A DNA stretch of 64,000 bases from Mobula hypostoma. Lineage: Eukaryota. Shown piece by piece: positions 52,580 through 64,000 of the stretch. A model generated the notes under the pieces. The model saw nothing but the letters and a program-made list of their open reading frames with translations, was not told the origin of the DNA and ran no database searches. A program made the position numbers and the translations under genes. The stretch spans positions 255,938,001-256,002,000 of the forward strand of contig NC_086097.1 of assembly GCF_963921235.1 (NCBI RefSeq). The letters run 5' to 3'. Each line of letters begins with the position of its first letter. The first letter of the stretch is position 1.

Positions 52580-52910
52580 ACACAGATCCATTTCCTCTCC
52601 CCAAGATTTGGCCTCCACAACTGCCTGTGGCAAAGAATTCCACAGATTTACCACTCTCTGGCTAAAGAAATGCCCCCTCATCTCCATTCGAAAAGGACAC
52701 CCCTCTATTTTGAGGCAGTGTTCTCTGCTCTAAGACATTACCACCCTTAGGAAACATACTCTCCACATCCACTCTTATCAAGGCCTTTCACCATTCGATT
52801 GGTTTCAATGAGGTCACCCCTCATTCTTCTGAATTCTAGTGAATACAGGCCCAGAGTCATCAAAATCTGTTCATATGACAAGGCATTCAAACCTGGAATC
52901 ATTTTCGTGA
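52580..52910 (-). mobile_element. CR1 3' fragment
   Basis: LGLYSLEFRRMRGDLIET. Confidence 0.8.
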
Positions 52911-53242
52911 TTGCATCTACCCATATATCTTTTTGGTTATGTTCTTGACACAAATCTTGGAGTGAAACTTTTCTAATTTCTAGCTGAGAGACAAGGACAC
53001 AAAACTGTTTTCATGCAGTTCACTTGCCTGTTTGTTTCATCCCCTTTGAACCACTATAGTGAATTCAAGCATTTAAGTTTGAGATGTTCTTTACTTAAAT
53101 ATTAATTTAATGTCTTGAACTCAATACACAACCTAAATATATTGTGTTACTGAGCAACATTTTGCATTTGCTATTAGTTTAATTCATATTCTATAAATTT
53201 AAGTGCTGAATGTAAAATGAATTTAAATATTTCTTTGTGCAG

Positions 53243-54781
53243 GTGGAAAATATATCTCAGCGTTGTCGGGAATATTTAATAAAAAAGGTGAATGCTGAGA
53301 ACTGTGTTCGATTACTCAGCTTCGCAGACATGTACAACTGTGAAGAGCTCAAACTGAGTGCAAAGCGAATGGTAGAGCATAAATTCACCACTGTTTATCA
53401 TCAAGAAGCATTTTTGCAGTTATCACATGATCTACTGATTGATATCCTTAGCAGTGACAATTTAAATGTTGAGAAGGAAGAGACGGTTCGTGAAGCTGCC
53501 ATGCTGTGGCTTGAATATGATACTGAATCACGATCCCAGTATTTATCTTCAGTCCTTGGCCAAATAAGGATTGATGCACTTTCTGAGGTAACACAGAGAG
53601 CTTGGTTCCAAGGCTTACCACCGAACGACAAGTCTGTTGTGGTGCAAGGACTGTACAAATCTATGCCAAAATTCTTCAAACCACGACTTGGTATGACAAA
53701 AGAAGAGATGCTTATATTCACTGAAGTCACTGGTGAAAATCCTCGTTCTTCCTTCTGTGCAGTTTGTTACAGTCCTCAGGCTGAGAAGGTATACAAGCTG
53801 TGTAATCCCCCTGGGGATCTCCAGAGAGTGGGGACTCTGGTCACTCCTGATAATGATATTTACATTGCAGGTGGACAGGTACCTCTGAAAACGTCCATCA
53901 CCAACAATAGTAAAGCAACTAAACTTCAGGCTGCATATAGACCTGTTAATTGTTTCTACCTGTTTGATGCTCAGCTGAATACATGGGTTCCAAAGTCTCC
54001 AATGCTGTGTGCTCGCAACCGGCCTTCACTGGTTTGCTGTGAAGGCTATATCTATGCAATCGGAGGGGACAATGTTGCTGGGGAAATGAACAAACGGACC
54101 GTAGAGAGGTACGATTGTGAAGCAGATGAATGGACGTTAGTGAATCCCTTGCCTTGTGCCTGGCAATGGAATGCAGCAGTGGCTGTGGAAGACTACATTT
54201 ACGTCATGGCACACAATCTAACATTCTGCTACTGCCCACGTACCGACACGTGGGTGGAAATGGCTGCTCGTCACACAAGCAGGTGTTTTGCCTCAGCTGC
54301 AGCCTTTGGAGATAAAATTTTCTACATTGGTGGTTTGCATATTGGAAATAACTCAGGCATCCGAATTCCTTCAAGCACTGTTGATGGTTCTTCTGTAACT
54401 GTTGAAGTATATGATGTGATGAAAAATGAGTGGAAAATAGCAACTAATATCCCTGCAAAACGCTACTCTGACCCATGTGTGAGGGCAGTAGTGGTCTTGA
54501 ACTGCTTATGTGTGTTTATGAGAGATACTCACATGAATGAAAAACCCAAGTATGCAATCTATCAGTACAATATGGAGCTGGACCAATGGATCTTGCGTCA
54601 GTCCATTTCCGAGAGAGTTCTCTGGGATCTTGGCAAAGATTTTCGGTGCACTATGGGGAAACTTTACCCCTCGTGTCTGGAAGAATCTCTTTGGAAGCCT
54701 CCACCATCTCTGTTTTCGCAAGATGGAGCAGATGAGTTTGAATTGGATGGGGAGATGGTTACCTTGCCTTTGAACAGTTAG
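53243..54781 (+). CDS. KBTBD2: KBTBD2 last coding exon (BACK domain + Kelch repeats)
   Basis: Acceptor ttctttgtgcag|GTG, then 512 open codons [15 protein letters not shown]...[10 protein letters not shown]. Kelch GG/Y/W motifs and KBTBD2-specific strings ([37 protein letters not shown]). Spliced total 624 aa. Confidence 0.97.
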   Translation: MENISQRCREYLIKKVNAENCVRLLSFADMYNCEELKLSAKRMVEHKFTTVYHQEAFLQLSHDLLIDILSSDNLNVEKEETVREAAMLWLEYDTESRSQYLSSVLGQIRIDALSEVTQRAWFQGLPPNDKSVVVQGLYKSMPKFFKPRLGMTKEEMLIFTEVTGENPRSSFCAVCYSPQAEKVYKLCNPPGDLQRVGTLVTPDNDIYIAGGQVPLKTSITNNSKATKLQAAYRPVNCFYLFDAQLNTWVPKSPMLCARNRPSLVCCEGYIYAIGGDNVAGEMNKRTVERYDCEADEWTLVNPLPCAWQWNAAVAVEDYIYVMAHNLTFCYCPRTDTWVEMAARHTSRCFASAAAFGDKIFYIGGLHIGNNSGIRIPSSTVDGSSVTVEVYDVMKNEWKIATNIPAKRYSDPCVRAVVVLNCLCVFMRDTHMNEKPKYAIYQYNMELDQWILRQSISERVLWDLGKDFRCTMGKLYPSCLEESLWKPPPSLFSQDGADEFELDGEMVTLPLNS

Positions 54782-55700
54782 CCAAATGAGGGCACAGATG
54801 CTGTGGATTGCAAGGACATACAGAGCACAGCAGAGTGCATGTCTTCAAGCTTCCAGATCAGGATGGGGTTTATAAGCTGTACCCATATTCAGCACAGCTT
54901 GTCACTAAGTTTGCATAGTATTGTATAAATAACTGAGAAATGAGTTGTGTTATATCTTCTACTCCTAGATACTGTGTTCTGCTAAAGAGATTATCATATT
55001 GTTACAGTGTGACTAGTTTTCAAAAGAACTTGTTTTACTTACACATATCTCTGGATTTGACTATGAAGATAAGAGATATTGTAGATCTTCCCAGTAAAAC
55101 TAGGCTGGCTGCAGGTTCAGTCGAAACATTGGATTTGTTAGATACACATAAACCAGTATCCATAGAAGTAACCCCAGGTAATAAAACTACCAAATGGCTG
55201 GTTATTTACCAGGTGTACATTAGTGGAGCAGTCACTACCATTCTAGATTGACTGCCGGTCTCTTGTCGTGCGGGTCTGTGGAGTTTCAATACTCAATGTC
55301 TCCACATTGCAAGTAACATAGGCTCATCCATATTACAATTTCCTGCTGCTGAATTGTCATTTAAGACAAATTTTGGTGAGTAACAACCAGGTCTTTATTT
55401 TGTATTCATTAATTTAATAAGGCAACTGTTACTGTAGTGTGATTGTGTAGAGGTATCCTAGCTGTTGGGTTTTTAATACAGTTGATTTGAGTGAAAATGT
55501 TTCCTGCGTGCAAGGGAGCAGAATGGAACGGACCCAGCACTGCTCTGGCATAACTCCCTGGAACCACTGGCAGTTGCTGGGCTTTCCATTCTAATAGGAG
55601 CACAGGTGCATGTTCAGCTACATTTGTGTTCCTTTGGCACTGTCGTTTGAATTAACTTAATTTATTAAAAACCTTCACAAAAGGAAATGTTTGTTTTCAT
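54782..55700 (+). other. KBTBD2: Probable KBTBD2 3' UTR
   Basis: Unique, repeat-free AT-rich sequence after the stop. ATTAAA at 55664-55669 is followed by a T/GT-rich tract. The end point is uncertain. Confidence 0.45.
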
Positions 55701-55977
55701 TTTTGTGATTCATATAAACTGTATTTATAACAAATACGATTTCCTCTCTCCTCTTCCACCTGTTAAAACACTGAAGTGTCCAGAGTGCAAAAAAAACAAA
55801 ATAATTTAATTTCTGTTGCAACTTCAACTTGGTTTTTAAGTTAGCTATGCTCAAGTAAAATTTTGAAGTCTCATTTACCACACACTTTTGTTTTGCATTT
55901 TACTAATTATTTTCCAGATTAATTGTAGTTCCCCATTTCTCGATGAAATTTGGTCAGTAGTTTGGTAACTAATTACA

Positions 55978-58900
55978 TTAGAACATAGAATAGTACAGCA
56001 CAGTACCTCCTTTCAGCCCACAATGTTGTGCCGACCCTCAAACCCTGCCTCCCAGATAAGCCCTCACCTTACATTCCTCCATATACCTGTCTAGTAGTCC
56101 CTTAAACTTCACTAGTGTATCTGCCTCCACCACTGACTCAGGCAGTGCATTCCACGCACCAACCACTCTCTGAGTAAAAAACCTCCTCTAATATCCCCCT
56201 TGAACTTCCCAACCCTTAGCTTAAAGCCATGTCCTCTTGTATTGAGCAGTGGTGCTCTGGGGAAGAGGCGCTGGCTATCCACTCTATTCCTCTTATTATC
56301 TTGTACACCTCTATCATGTCTCCTCTCATCATCCTCCTCTCCAAAGAGTAAAGCCCTAGCTTCCTTAATCTCAGATCATAATGCATATTCTCTAAACCAG
56401 GCAGTATCCTGGTAAATCTCCTCTGTACTCTTTCCAGTGCTTCCACATCCTTCCTATAGTGAGGTGACCAGAACTGGACACAGTACTCCAAGTGTGGCCT
56501 AACCAGAGTTTTATAGAGCTGCATCATTACATCGTGACTCTTACACTCTATCCCTCGACTTATGAAAGCTAACATCCCATAAGCTTTCTTAACTACCCTA
56601 TCCACCTGTGAGGCAACTATCAGGGATCTGTGGACATGTACCCCGAGATCCCTCTGCTCCTCCACACTACCAAGTATCCTGCCATTCACTTTGTACTCTG
56701 CCTTGGAGTTTGTCCTTCCAAAGTGTACCATCTCACACTTCTCCGGGTTGAACGCCATCTGCCACTTCGCAGCCCATTCCTGCATCCTATCAGCGTCTCT
56801 CTGCAATCTTTGACAATCCTGTACACTATCTACAACACCACCAACCTTTGTCGTCTGCAAACTTGCCAACCCACCCTTCTACCCCCACATCCAGGTCGTT
56901 AATAAAAATCACGAAAAGTAGAGGTCCCAGAACAGATCCTTGTGGGACACCACTAGTCACAATCCTCCAATCCGAATGTACTCCCTCCACCACCACCCTC
57001 TGCCTTCTGCAGGCAAACTAACTCTGAATCCACCTGGCCAAACTTCCCTGGATCCCATGTCTTCTGACTTTCTGAATAAGCCTACCTTGTGGAACCTTGT
57101 CAAATGCCTTACTAAAATCCATAGATCACATCCACTGCACTACCCTCATCTATATGCCTGGTCACCTCCTCAAAGAACTCTATCAGGCTTGTTAGACACG
57201 ATCTGCCCTTCACAAACACATGCTGATTGTCCCTGATCAGACCATGATTCTCTAAATGCTTATAAATCCTATCTCTAAGAATCTTTTCCAACAGCTTTCC
57301 CACCACAGACGTAAGGCTCACTGGTCTATAATTACCCGGACTATCCCTACTACCTTTTTTGAACAAGGGGACAACATTCGCCTCCCTCCAATCTTCCGAT
57401 ACCATTCCCGTGGACAACGAGGACATAAAGATCCTAGCCAGAGGTTCAGCAATCTCTTCTCTTGCCTCGTGGAGCAGCCTGGGGAATATTCTGTCAGGCC
57501 CCGGGAACTTATCTGTCCTAATGTATTTTAACAACTCCAACACCTCCTCTCCCTTAATATCAACATGCTCCAGAACATCAACCTCACTTATATTGTCCTC
57601 ACCATCATCAAGTTCCCTCTCATTGGTGAATACTGAACAGAAGTATTCATTGAGGACCTTGCTTACTTCCACAGCTTCCAGGCACATCTTCCCACCTTTA
57701 TCTCTAATCGGTCCTACCTTCACTCGGGTCATCCTTTTTTTCTTCACATAATTGAAGAATGCTTTGGGGTTTTCCTTTACCCTACTCGCCAAGGCCTTCT
57801 CATGCCCCCTTCTTGCTCTTCTCAGCCCCTTCTTAAGCTCCTTTCTTGCTTCCCTATATTCCTCAATAGACCCATCTGATCCCTGCTTCCTAAACCTCAT
57901 GTATGCTGCCTTCTTCCACCTGACTAGATTTTCCATCTCACTTGTCACCCATGGTTCCTTCACCCTACCATTCTTTATCTTCCTCACCGGGACAAATTTA
58001 TCCCTAACATCCCGCAAGACATCTCTAAACATCAACCACATGTCCATAGTACATTTCCCTGAAAAAACATCATCCCAATTCATACCCGCAAGTTCTAGCC
58101 TTATAGCCTCATAATTTGCCTTTCCCCAATTTAAAATTTTCCTGTCCTCTCTAATTCTATCCTTTCCCATGATAATGAATTGATTATGGGGAGCAAGGAC
58201 ATGGCAGACCAATTGAATAATTACTTTGGTTCTGTCTTCACTAAGGAGGACATAAATAATCTTCCAGAAATAGTAAGGGACAGAGGGTCCAGTGAGATGG
58301 AGGAACTGAGTGAAATACATGTTAGTAGGGAAGTGGTGTTAGGTAAATTGAAGGGATTGAAGGCAGATAAATCCCCAGGGCCAGATGGTCTGCATCCTAG
58401 AGTGCTTAAGGAAGTAGCCCAAGAAATAGTGGATGCATTAGTGATAATTTTTCAAAACTCGTTAGATTCTGGACTAGTTCCTGAGGATTGGAGGGTGGCT
58501 AATGTAACCCCACTTTTTAAAAAAGGAGGGAGAGAGAAACCAGGGAATTATAGGCCGGTTAGCCTAACGTCGGTGGTGGGGAAACTGCTGGAGTCAGTTA
58601 TCAAGGATGTGATAACAGCACATTTGGAAAGCGGTGAAATGATCGGACAAAGTCAGCATGGATTTGTGAAAGGAAAATCATGTCTGACGAATCTCATAGA
58701 ATTTTTTGAGGATGTAACTGGTAGAGTGGATAGGGGAGAACCAGTGGATGTGGTATATTTGGATTTTCAAAAGGCTTTTGACAAGGTCCCACACAGGAGA
58801 TTAGTGTGCAAACTTAAAGCACACGGTCTTGGGGGTAAGGTATTGGTGTGGGTGGAGAATTGGTTAGCAGACAGGAAGCAAAGAGTGGGAATAAACGGGA

Positions 58901-61400
58901 CCTTTTCAGAATGGCAGGCGGTGACTAGTGGGGTACCGCAAGGCTCAGTGCTGGGACCCCAGTTGTTTACAATATATATTAATGACTTGGATGAGGGAAT
59001 TAAATGCAGCATCTCCAAGTTTGCGGATGACACAAAGCTGGATGGCAGTGTTAGCCGTGAGGAGGATGCTAAGAGGATGCAGGGTGACTTGGATAGGTTG
59101 GGTGAATGGGCAAACTCATGGCAGATGCAATTTAATGTGGATAAATGTGAAGTTATCCACTTTGGTGGCAAAAATAGGAAAACAGATTATTATCTGAATG
59201 GTGGCCGATTAGGAAAAGGGGAGGTGCACTGAGACCTGGGTGTCATTATACACCAGTCATTGAAAGTGGGCATGCAGGTACAGCAGGCGGTGAAAAAGGC
59301 GAATGGTATGCTGGCATTTATAACGAGAGGATTCGAGTACAGGAGCAGGGAGGTACTACTGCAGTTGTACAAGGCCTTGGTGAGACCACACCTGGAGTAT
59401 TGTGTGCAGTTTTGGTCCCCTAATCTGAGGAAAGACATCTTTGCCATAGAGGGAGTACAAAGAAGGTTCACCAGATTGATTCCTGGGATGGCAGGACTTT
59501 CATATGAAGAAAGACTGGATGAACTGGGCTTGTACTCGTTGGAATTTAGAAGATTGAGGGGGGATCTGATTGAAACGTATAAGATCCTAAAGGGATTGGA
59601 CAGGCTAGATGCAGGAAGATTGTTCCCGATGTTGGGGAAGTCCAGAACGAGGGGTCACAGTTTGAGGATAGAGGGGAAGCCTTTTAGGACCGAGATTAGG
59701 AAAAACTTCTTCACACAGAGAGTGGTGAATCTGTGGAATTCTCTGCCACAGGAAACTGTTGAGGCCAGTTCATTGGCTATGTTTAAGAGGGAATTAGATA
59801 TGGCCCTTGTGGCTATAGGGGTCAGGGGGTATGGAGGGAAGGCTGGGGCGGGGTTCTGAGTTGGATGATCAGCCATGATCATAATAAATGGCGGTCCAGG
59901 CTCGAAGGGCCGAATGGCCTACTCCTGCACCTATTTTCTATGTTTCTATAATGCTAAAGGCCAGGGAGCGGTGGTCACTGTCCCCCAGATGCTCACCCAC
60001 TGAGAGATCTGTGACCTGACCCAGTTCATTACCTAGTACTAGATCTAGTGTGGCATTCCCCCTGGTCGGCCTGTCCATATACTGTGACAGGAATCCGTCC
60101 TGGACACACTTAACAAACTCTGCCCCATCTAAACCTTTGGAACTAATCAGGTGCCAATCAATATTAGGGAAGTTAAAGTCTCCCATGATATCAACCCTGT
60201 TATTTTTGTACCTTTCCATAATCTGCCTCCCAATCTGCTCCTCTGTATCTCTGCTGCTACCAGGGGGCCTAAAGATTAACCCCAATAGAGTAATTGCTCC
60301 CTTCCTGTTCCTGACTTCCACCCATATTGACTCAAAAGAGGATCCTGCTACATTACCACCCTTTCTGTAGCTGTAATAGTATCCCTGACCAGTAATGCCA
60401 CCCCTCCTTAAAGCACTGAAATTAAGGAATATTGAAAATCCATTCCTGCCCTGGTGCCAGCCAAGTCTGTAATGGCCACTACATCATAATTCCATGTATG
60501 TATCCAAGCTCTCAGTTCATCACCTTCGTTCCTGATGCTTCTTGCATTGAGGTACACACATTTCAGCCCTTCTACCTTACTGTCTTTACACCGTTTATTC
60601 TGCTTCTCTTTCCTCAAAGCCTCTCTGTATGTTAGATCTGGCTTTACTCCATGCACTTCTTTCACTGCTCTATCGCTCTGGGCCCCATCCCCCTCGCAAA
60701 TTAGTTTAAACCTTCCTGAACCATGCTAGCAAACCTACCTGCAAGGATATTGCTCCCCCTCGAGTTCAGGTGCAACCCATCTAATCTGTAAAGGTCCCAC
60801 CTTCCCCAGAAGAGATCCCAATGATCTAAAAATCTAAAAATCTAAAACCCTGCTCCCTGCACCAACTCCTCAGCCACGCATTCAACTGCCTCTCCTCCAA
60901 TTCATACCATCACTGTCACGAGGCACTGGCAGCAATCCTGAGAACGTCACCCTTGAGGTCCTTTTCTTCAGCCTTCTGCCTAGTTCCTGAAACTCACACT
61001 TCAGGACCTCATCCCTCTTCCTGCCAATGTCGTTGGTCCCAATATGTATCACGATTTCTGGTTGCTTTCCCTCTCGTAGCAGGATGTCGTGCACCCGGTC
61101 AGAGACATCCCAGACCCCGGCACCTGGGAGGCAACAAACCATGCGGGTGTCCTTTTCACATCCACAAAATCTCCTGTCTGCTCCCCTGACTATAGAGTCT
61201 CCAATGACAACAGCTCTCCTCTTTTCCGTCCCACCCTTCTGCACCACAGGGTCAGACTCAGTGCCAGAGGCCCTGCCACCGTGGCTCACACCTGGTCGGT
61301 CATCCCCGCCAACAGTATCCAGGACGGTAAACTTGTTATTCAGGGGAATGGCTACAGGGGTGCTCTGCACTACCTGTCTGCCGCCTTTGCTTTCCCCCCT
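55978..61400 (-). mobile_element. Near-complete CR1-B LINE (SGNH-esterase ORF1, EN, RT), split by CR1-D
   Basis: ORF1 VIGDSIVRG/VCCLPGA/HIGTNDIG (60882-61370), EN (60408-60665, 59938-60321), RT (57112-58177, 56216-56869); antisense tail at 55978. Confidence 0.94.
58176..59949 (+). mobile_element. Young CR1-D LINE, 5' truncated
   Basis: ORFs 58180-59232 and 59260-59859 (one TGA); TSD ataatg at 58172-58177 and 59948-59953. Confidence 0.96.
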
Positions 61401-61857
61401 CTGACATTGTGCCTATTAATTAGCAACTGAAAACAGCATGGATGACCCACAGTGTTCACAGAGTTATCAGAGCTGAACTAAGTCAATACTTGGTTATTGT
61501 CCTAACACTCCTGAAAATGGTTTTATTGTAATATAGCAAATAATGTGCAAAGCTATTTCCCATGGAATCGCACTAGAATTTAGTACAACAGCTGAGCAGT
61601 TCCACAAAACACAATATTCTGAAAATAGGCATAAAACCACATAAAATGAACTGTTCCAATGATTCTGCATTCACAAACTTGGATGACAGATCAAATGTAG
61701 TGATGCTTTTGTCCATATTGTCTATGATGAGCTTGCATCCTTCTAAAGTCATAGTTAGATTTTGTAAACACGAGGAAATCTGCAGATGCTGGAATTTCAA
61801 GCAACACACATAAAAATTGCTGGTGAACGCAACAGGCCAGGTAGCATCAAAAGGATA

Positions 61858-61895
61858 CAGTCGATGTTTCGGGTCGAGACCCTTCGTCAGGACTA
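61858..61895 (-). ncRNA. Minimal hammerhead ribozyme motif (PLE family 1)
   Basis: Minus strand reads TAGTC CTGACGA A GGGTC-tc-GACCC GAAA CA TC GACTG; the stem III palindrome ACGT is altered to ACAT. Confidence 0.65.
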
Positions 61896-62143
61896 ACTGA
61901 AAGAAGAGCTAGTAAGAGATTTGAAAGTGGAAGGGGGAGGGATGTAGCCAAGAGCTGGACAGTTGATTGGCAAAAGGTTATGAAAGGATCATGAGACGGA
62001 CGGGACGCCTAGGGAGAAAGAAATGGGGAGGGGGAAAGCCCAGAGGATGAGGAGTATGGTGAGAGGGACAGAGGGAGAAAAAAAATTAATAATAATAAAA
62101 GATAAAAAACAGGGTATGAAGGGGAGATGGGGATCCAATGGGA

Positions 62144-62326
62144 TCCCATCACCAAGCACATCTTCCCCCCCCCCAGCTTTCCCATCACCAAGCACATCTC
62201 TCCCCCCTGCCAGCTTTCCCATCACCAAGCACATCTTACCCCCACCCCAGCTTTCCCATCACCAAGCACATCTCCCCCCCCCCAGCTTTCCCATCACCAA
62301 GCACATCTCCCCCCCCCCAGGTTTCC
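62144..62326 (+). repeat. Minisatellite, 5 units of about 36 bp, derived from PLE coding sequence
   Basis: tcccatcaccaagcacatct(c-run)agctt repeated; the single-copy homologue lies at about 3101-3146. Confidence 0.92.
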
Positions 62327-63796
62327 ACAGGGATCGCTCCCTACGTGACTCCGTGGTCCATTCGTCCCCCCCACCCCTTCCCACCAATCTCCCTCCTGGC
62401 ACTTATCCTTGTAAGCGGAACAAGTGCTACACATGCTCCCTCACCACCATTCAGGGCCCCAGACAGTCCTTCCAGGGGAGGCAACACTTCACCTGAGAGT
62501 GGCCTGGGGTGATATACTGCGTCCGGTGCCCCTGATGTGGCCTTCTATATATTGGCGAGACTCGATGTGGGCTGGGAGATCATTTCGCTGAACACCTATG
62601 CTCTGTCCGCCAGAGAAAGCAGGATCTTCCACTGGCAACACATTTTAATTCCACATCCCATTCCTATTCTGAAATGTCTATCCATAGCCTCCTCTACTGT
62701 AAAGATGAAGCCACAGTCAGGTTGGAGGAACAACACCTTATGGGTGGGTCTGGGTAGCCTCCAACCTGATGGCATGAACATTGACTTCTCTAACTTCTGT
62801 TAATGCCCCACCTCCCCGTCATATGCCATCTGTTATTTACCTTTTATTATTAATAATTTTTTTTCTCTCTCCTTTTTCTCCCTCTGTCCCTCTCACCATA
62901 CTCCTTGCCCATCCTCTGGGTTTCCCCCCCCCCCTTTTCCTTCTCCCTGGGCCTCCTGTCCCATGATCCTCTTATATCCCTTTTGCCAATCAACAGTCCA
63001 GCTCTTGGATCATCCCTCCCCCTCCTGTCTTCTCCTAACATTTTGGATCTCCCCCTTCCCCTACCACTTTCAAGTCTCGTACTATCTCTTCTTCCAGTTA
63101 TCTTGACAAGGGTCTTGACCTGCTGCATTCACCAGCAATTTTTATGTGTGTTGTTAGATTTTGTAATTGGCTTTAGCTGCTTCCAAAGAGATTTTAATCC
63201 AATGAACAGAACTGCACTATATTGCAAAACAAAAATACATTCATTTCTACTTCTTTCAAAAGAAAACAATGCAGAAATGGCTTGAGATGTAAAATTTATT
63301 CTAAATTCACTTGTATGCTCCATTCTTCTAGAATACTTTGCTTTAAGGATGTGCTAATTGAAAGGCTGCATTAAAAGCAGTATCAGTTTTCTGGATCAGA
63401 TAAAATGAAACTTTTAATTTCAGCAACGAAAAAGTTAATTTAGCAGTTTACCCGGGTAATCATATTTACAAGTGTATTTCATTTTTGAGTACATTTTAAA
63501 ATGTATTCTTTATAAATGAATTACTATAAGATGTTACATATTTGATAGTTTGAAATCAAGAGTCATTACAAGCATAAATATTAAGTGTTAATTTTCATGA
63601 TAAATTGCAGTTCAGTATTTAAAACTAACTACTTGGATGAAAGATGGAGCTATTGGACCCAGAACAGTTTCTTTTTATTTAAATGCAATTTAAATCAGAA
63701 GCAGGGTTGTTCCGTAGACAAGCTCTGCAATATCTGAATTGCTTAAAATTGAACAGATTAAAAATTTACATCCCAGCTACTCTATAGATTGTACTC

Positions 63797-64000
63797 CAGG
63801 GATTCCCAACCTTTTTTATGCCAAGAACCCCCGTCCTACACGGAAACTCCACAGCATCTCTTTGGTAGAATCAATAAGAACAGAAATGGGTTTAATTACG
63901 GTAGTGATTATGTTTACTAGAGCATCCTTATGATTCAAGGAAAATTTTTTAAAAACATGAAAGAAAAATATATTTGACCACTTTAACAGTTAATCCCAAA
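63797..64000. mobile_element. Possible hAT element terminus
   Basis: cagggattcccaaccttttttatgcca matches the reverse complement of the 7562-7640 MITE end. Confidence 0.4.

Larger units (their letters stand above)
61768..63152. mobile_element. PLE family 1 insertion: inverted pLTR, GIY-YIG fragment, pLTR; 14-bp TSD
   Basis: Minus pLTR at about 61768-62135; plus-strand GVIYCVRCP.CGLLYIGET at about 62505-62560; plus pLTR at about 62800-63152. TSD gttagattttgtaa at 61754-61767 and 63153-63166. Confidence 0.9.

Noticed and set aside
53237..53242. GTG start of a stand-alone 514-aa protein
   Set aside because: It is the splice acceptor (tgcag|); the BTB N-terminus lies on two upstream exons.
57112..58320. 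402-aa ORF as a novel gene
   Set aside because: Chimeric: antisense CR1-D sequence read into CR1-B ORF2 across an insertion junction.
62144..62326. CRISPR-like array of about 36-bp repeats
   Set aside because: Units are contiguous with no unique spacers, there are no cas genes, and the unit derives from PLE sequence.
55400..64000. Exons of a neighbouring gene on the minus strand (ORFs 55409-55603 and 61573-61809)
   Set aside because: No recognisable protein similarity or convincing splice sites.
1..64000. Systematic antisense targeting of LINEs into other LINEs
   Set aside because: Opposite-orientation nests are somewhat more common, but several same-orientation nests exist and are harder to see, so the sample is too small and biased.

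Overview
Eukaryotic genomic DNA, most likely from a cartilaginous fish (inferred from the elasmobranch-type CR1/HER1 3' tails and Penelope-like repeats). One host gene is present: KBTBD2 (BTB-BACK-Kelch) on the + strand, with three coding exons (8427-8596, 25364-25529, 53243-54781; 624 aa spliced). Its introns (about 16.8 and 27.7 kb) and flanks are almost entirely nested transposons: many CR1 LINEs of several subfamilies, Rex1/Babar LINEs, one full-length but degenerate L1, a Tc1, hAT MITE pieces and two families of Penelope-like elements (PLEs). Best leads: (1) the three best-preserved CR1 ORF1/ORF2 junctions read T-TTA-AAC-stop, with an AUG-less ORF2 opening in the -1 frame, and two older copies carry one-mismatch versions; this suggests programmed -1 ribosomal frameshifting in a LINE. 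(2) PLE termini carry minimal hammerhead ribozyme motifs and recur as inverted-repeat insertions with long TSDs, including a roughly 230-bp hairpin element. (3) Two young CR1 copies share one in-frame TAG between the EN and RT domains. (4) A dense uORF cluster precedes the KBTBD2 start codon. Repeat boundaries were read by eye and are approximate unless a TSD is given; subfamily labels A-D are my own.
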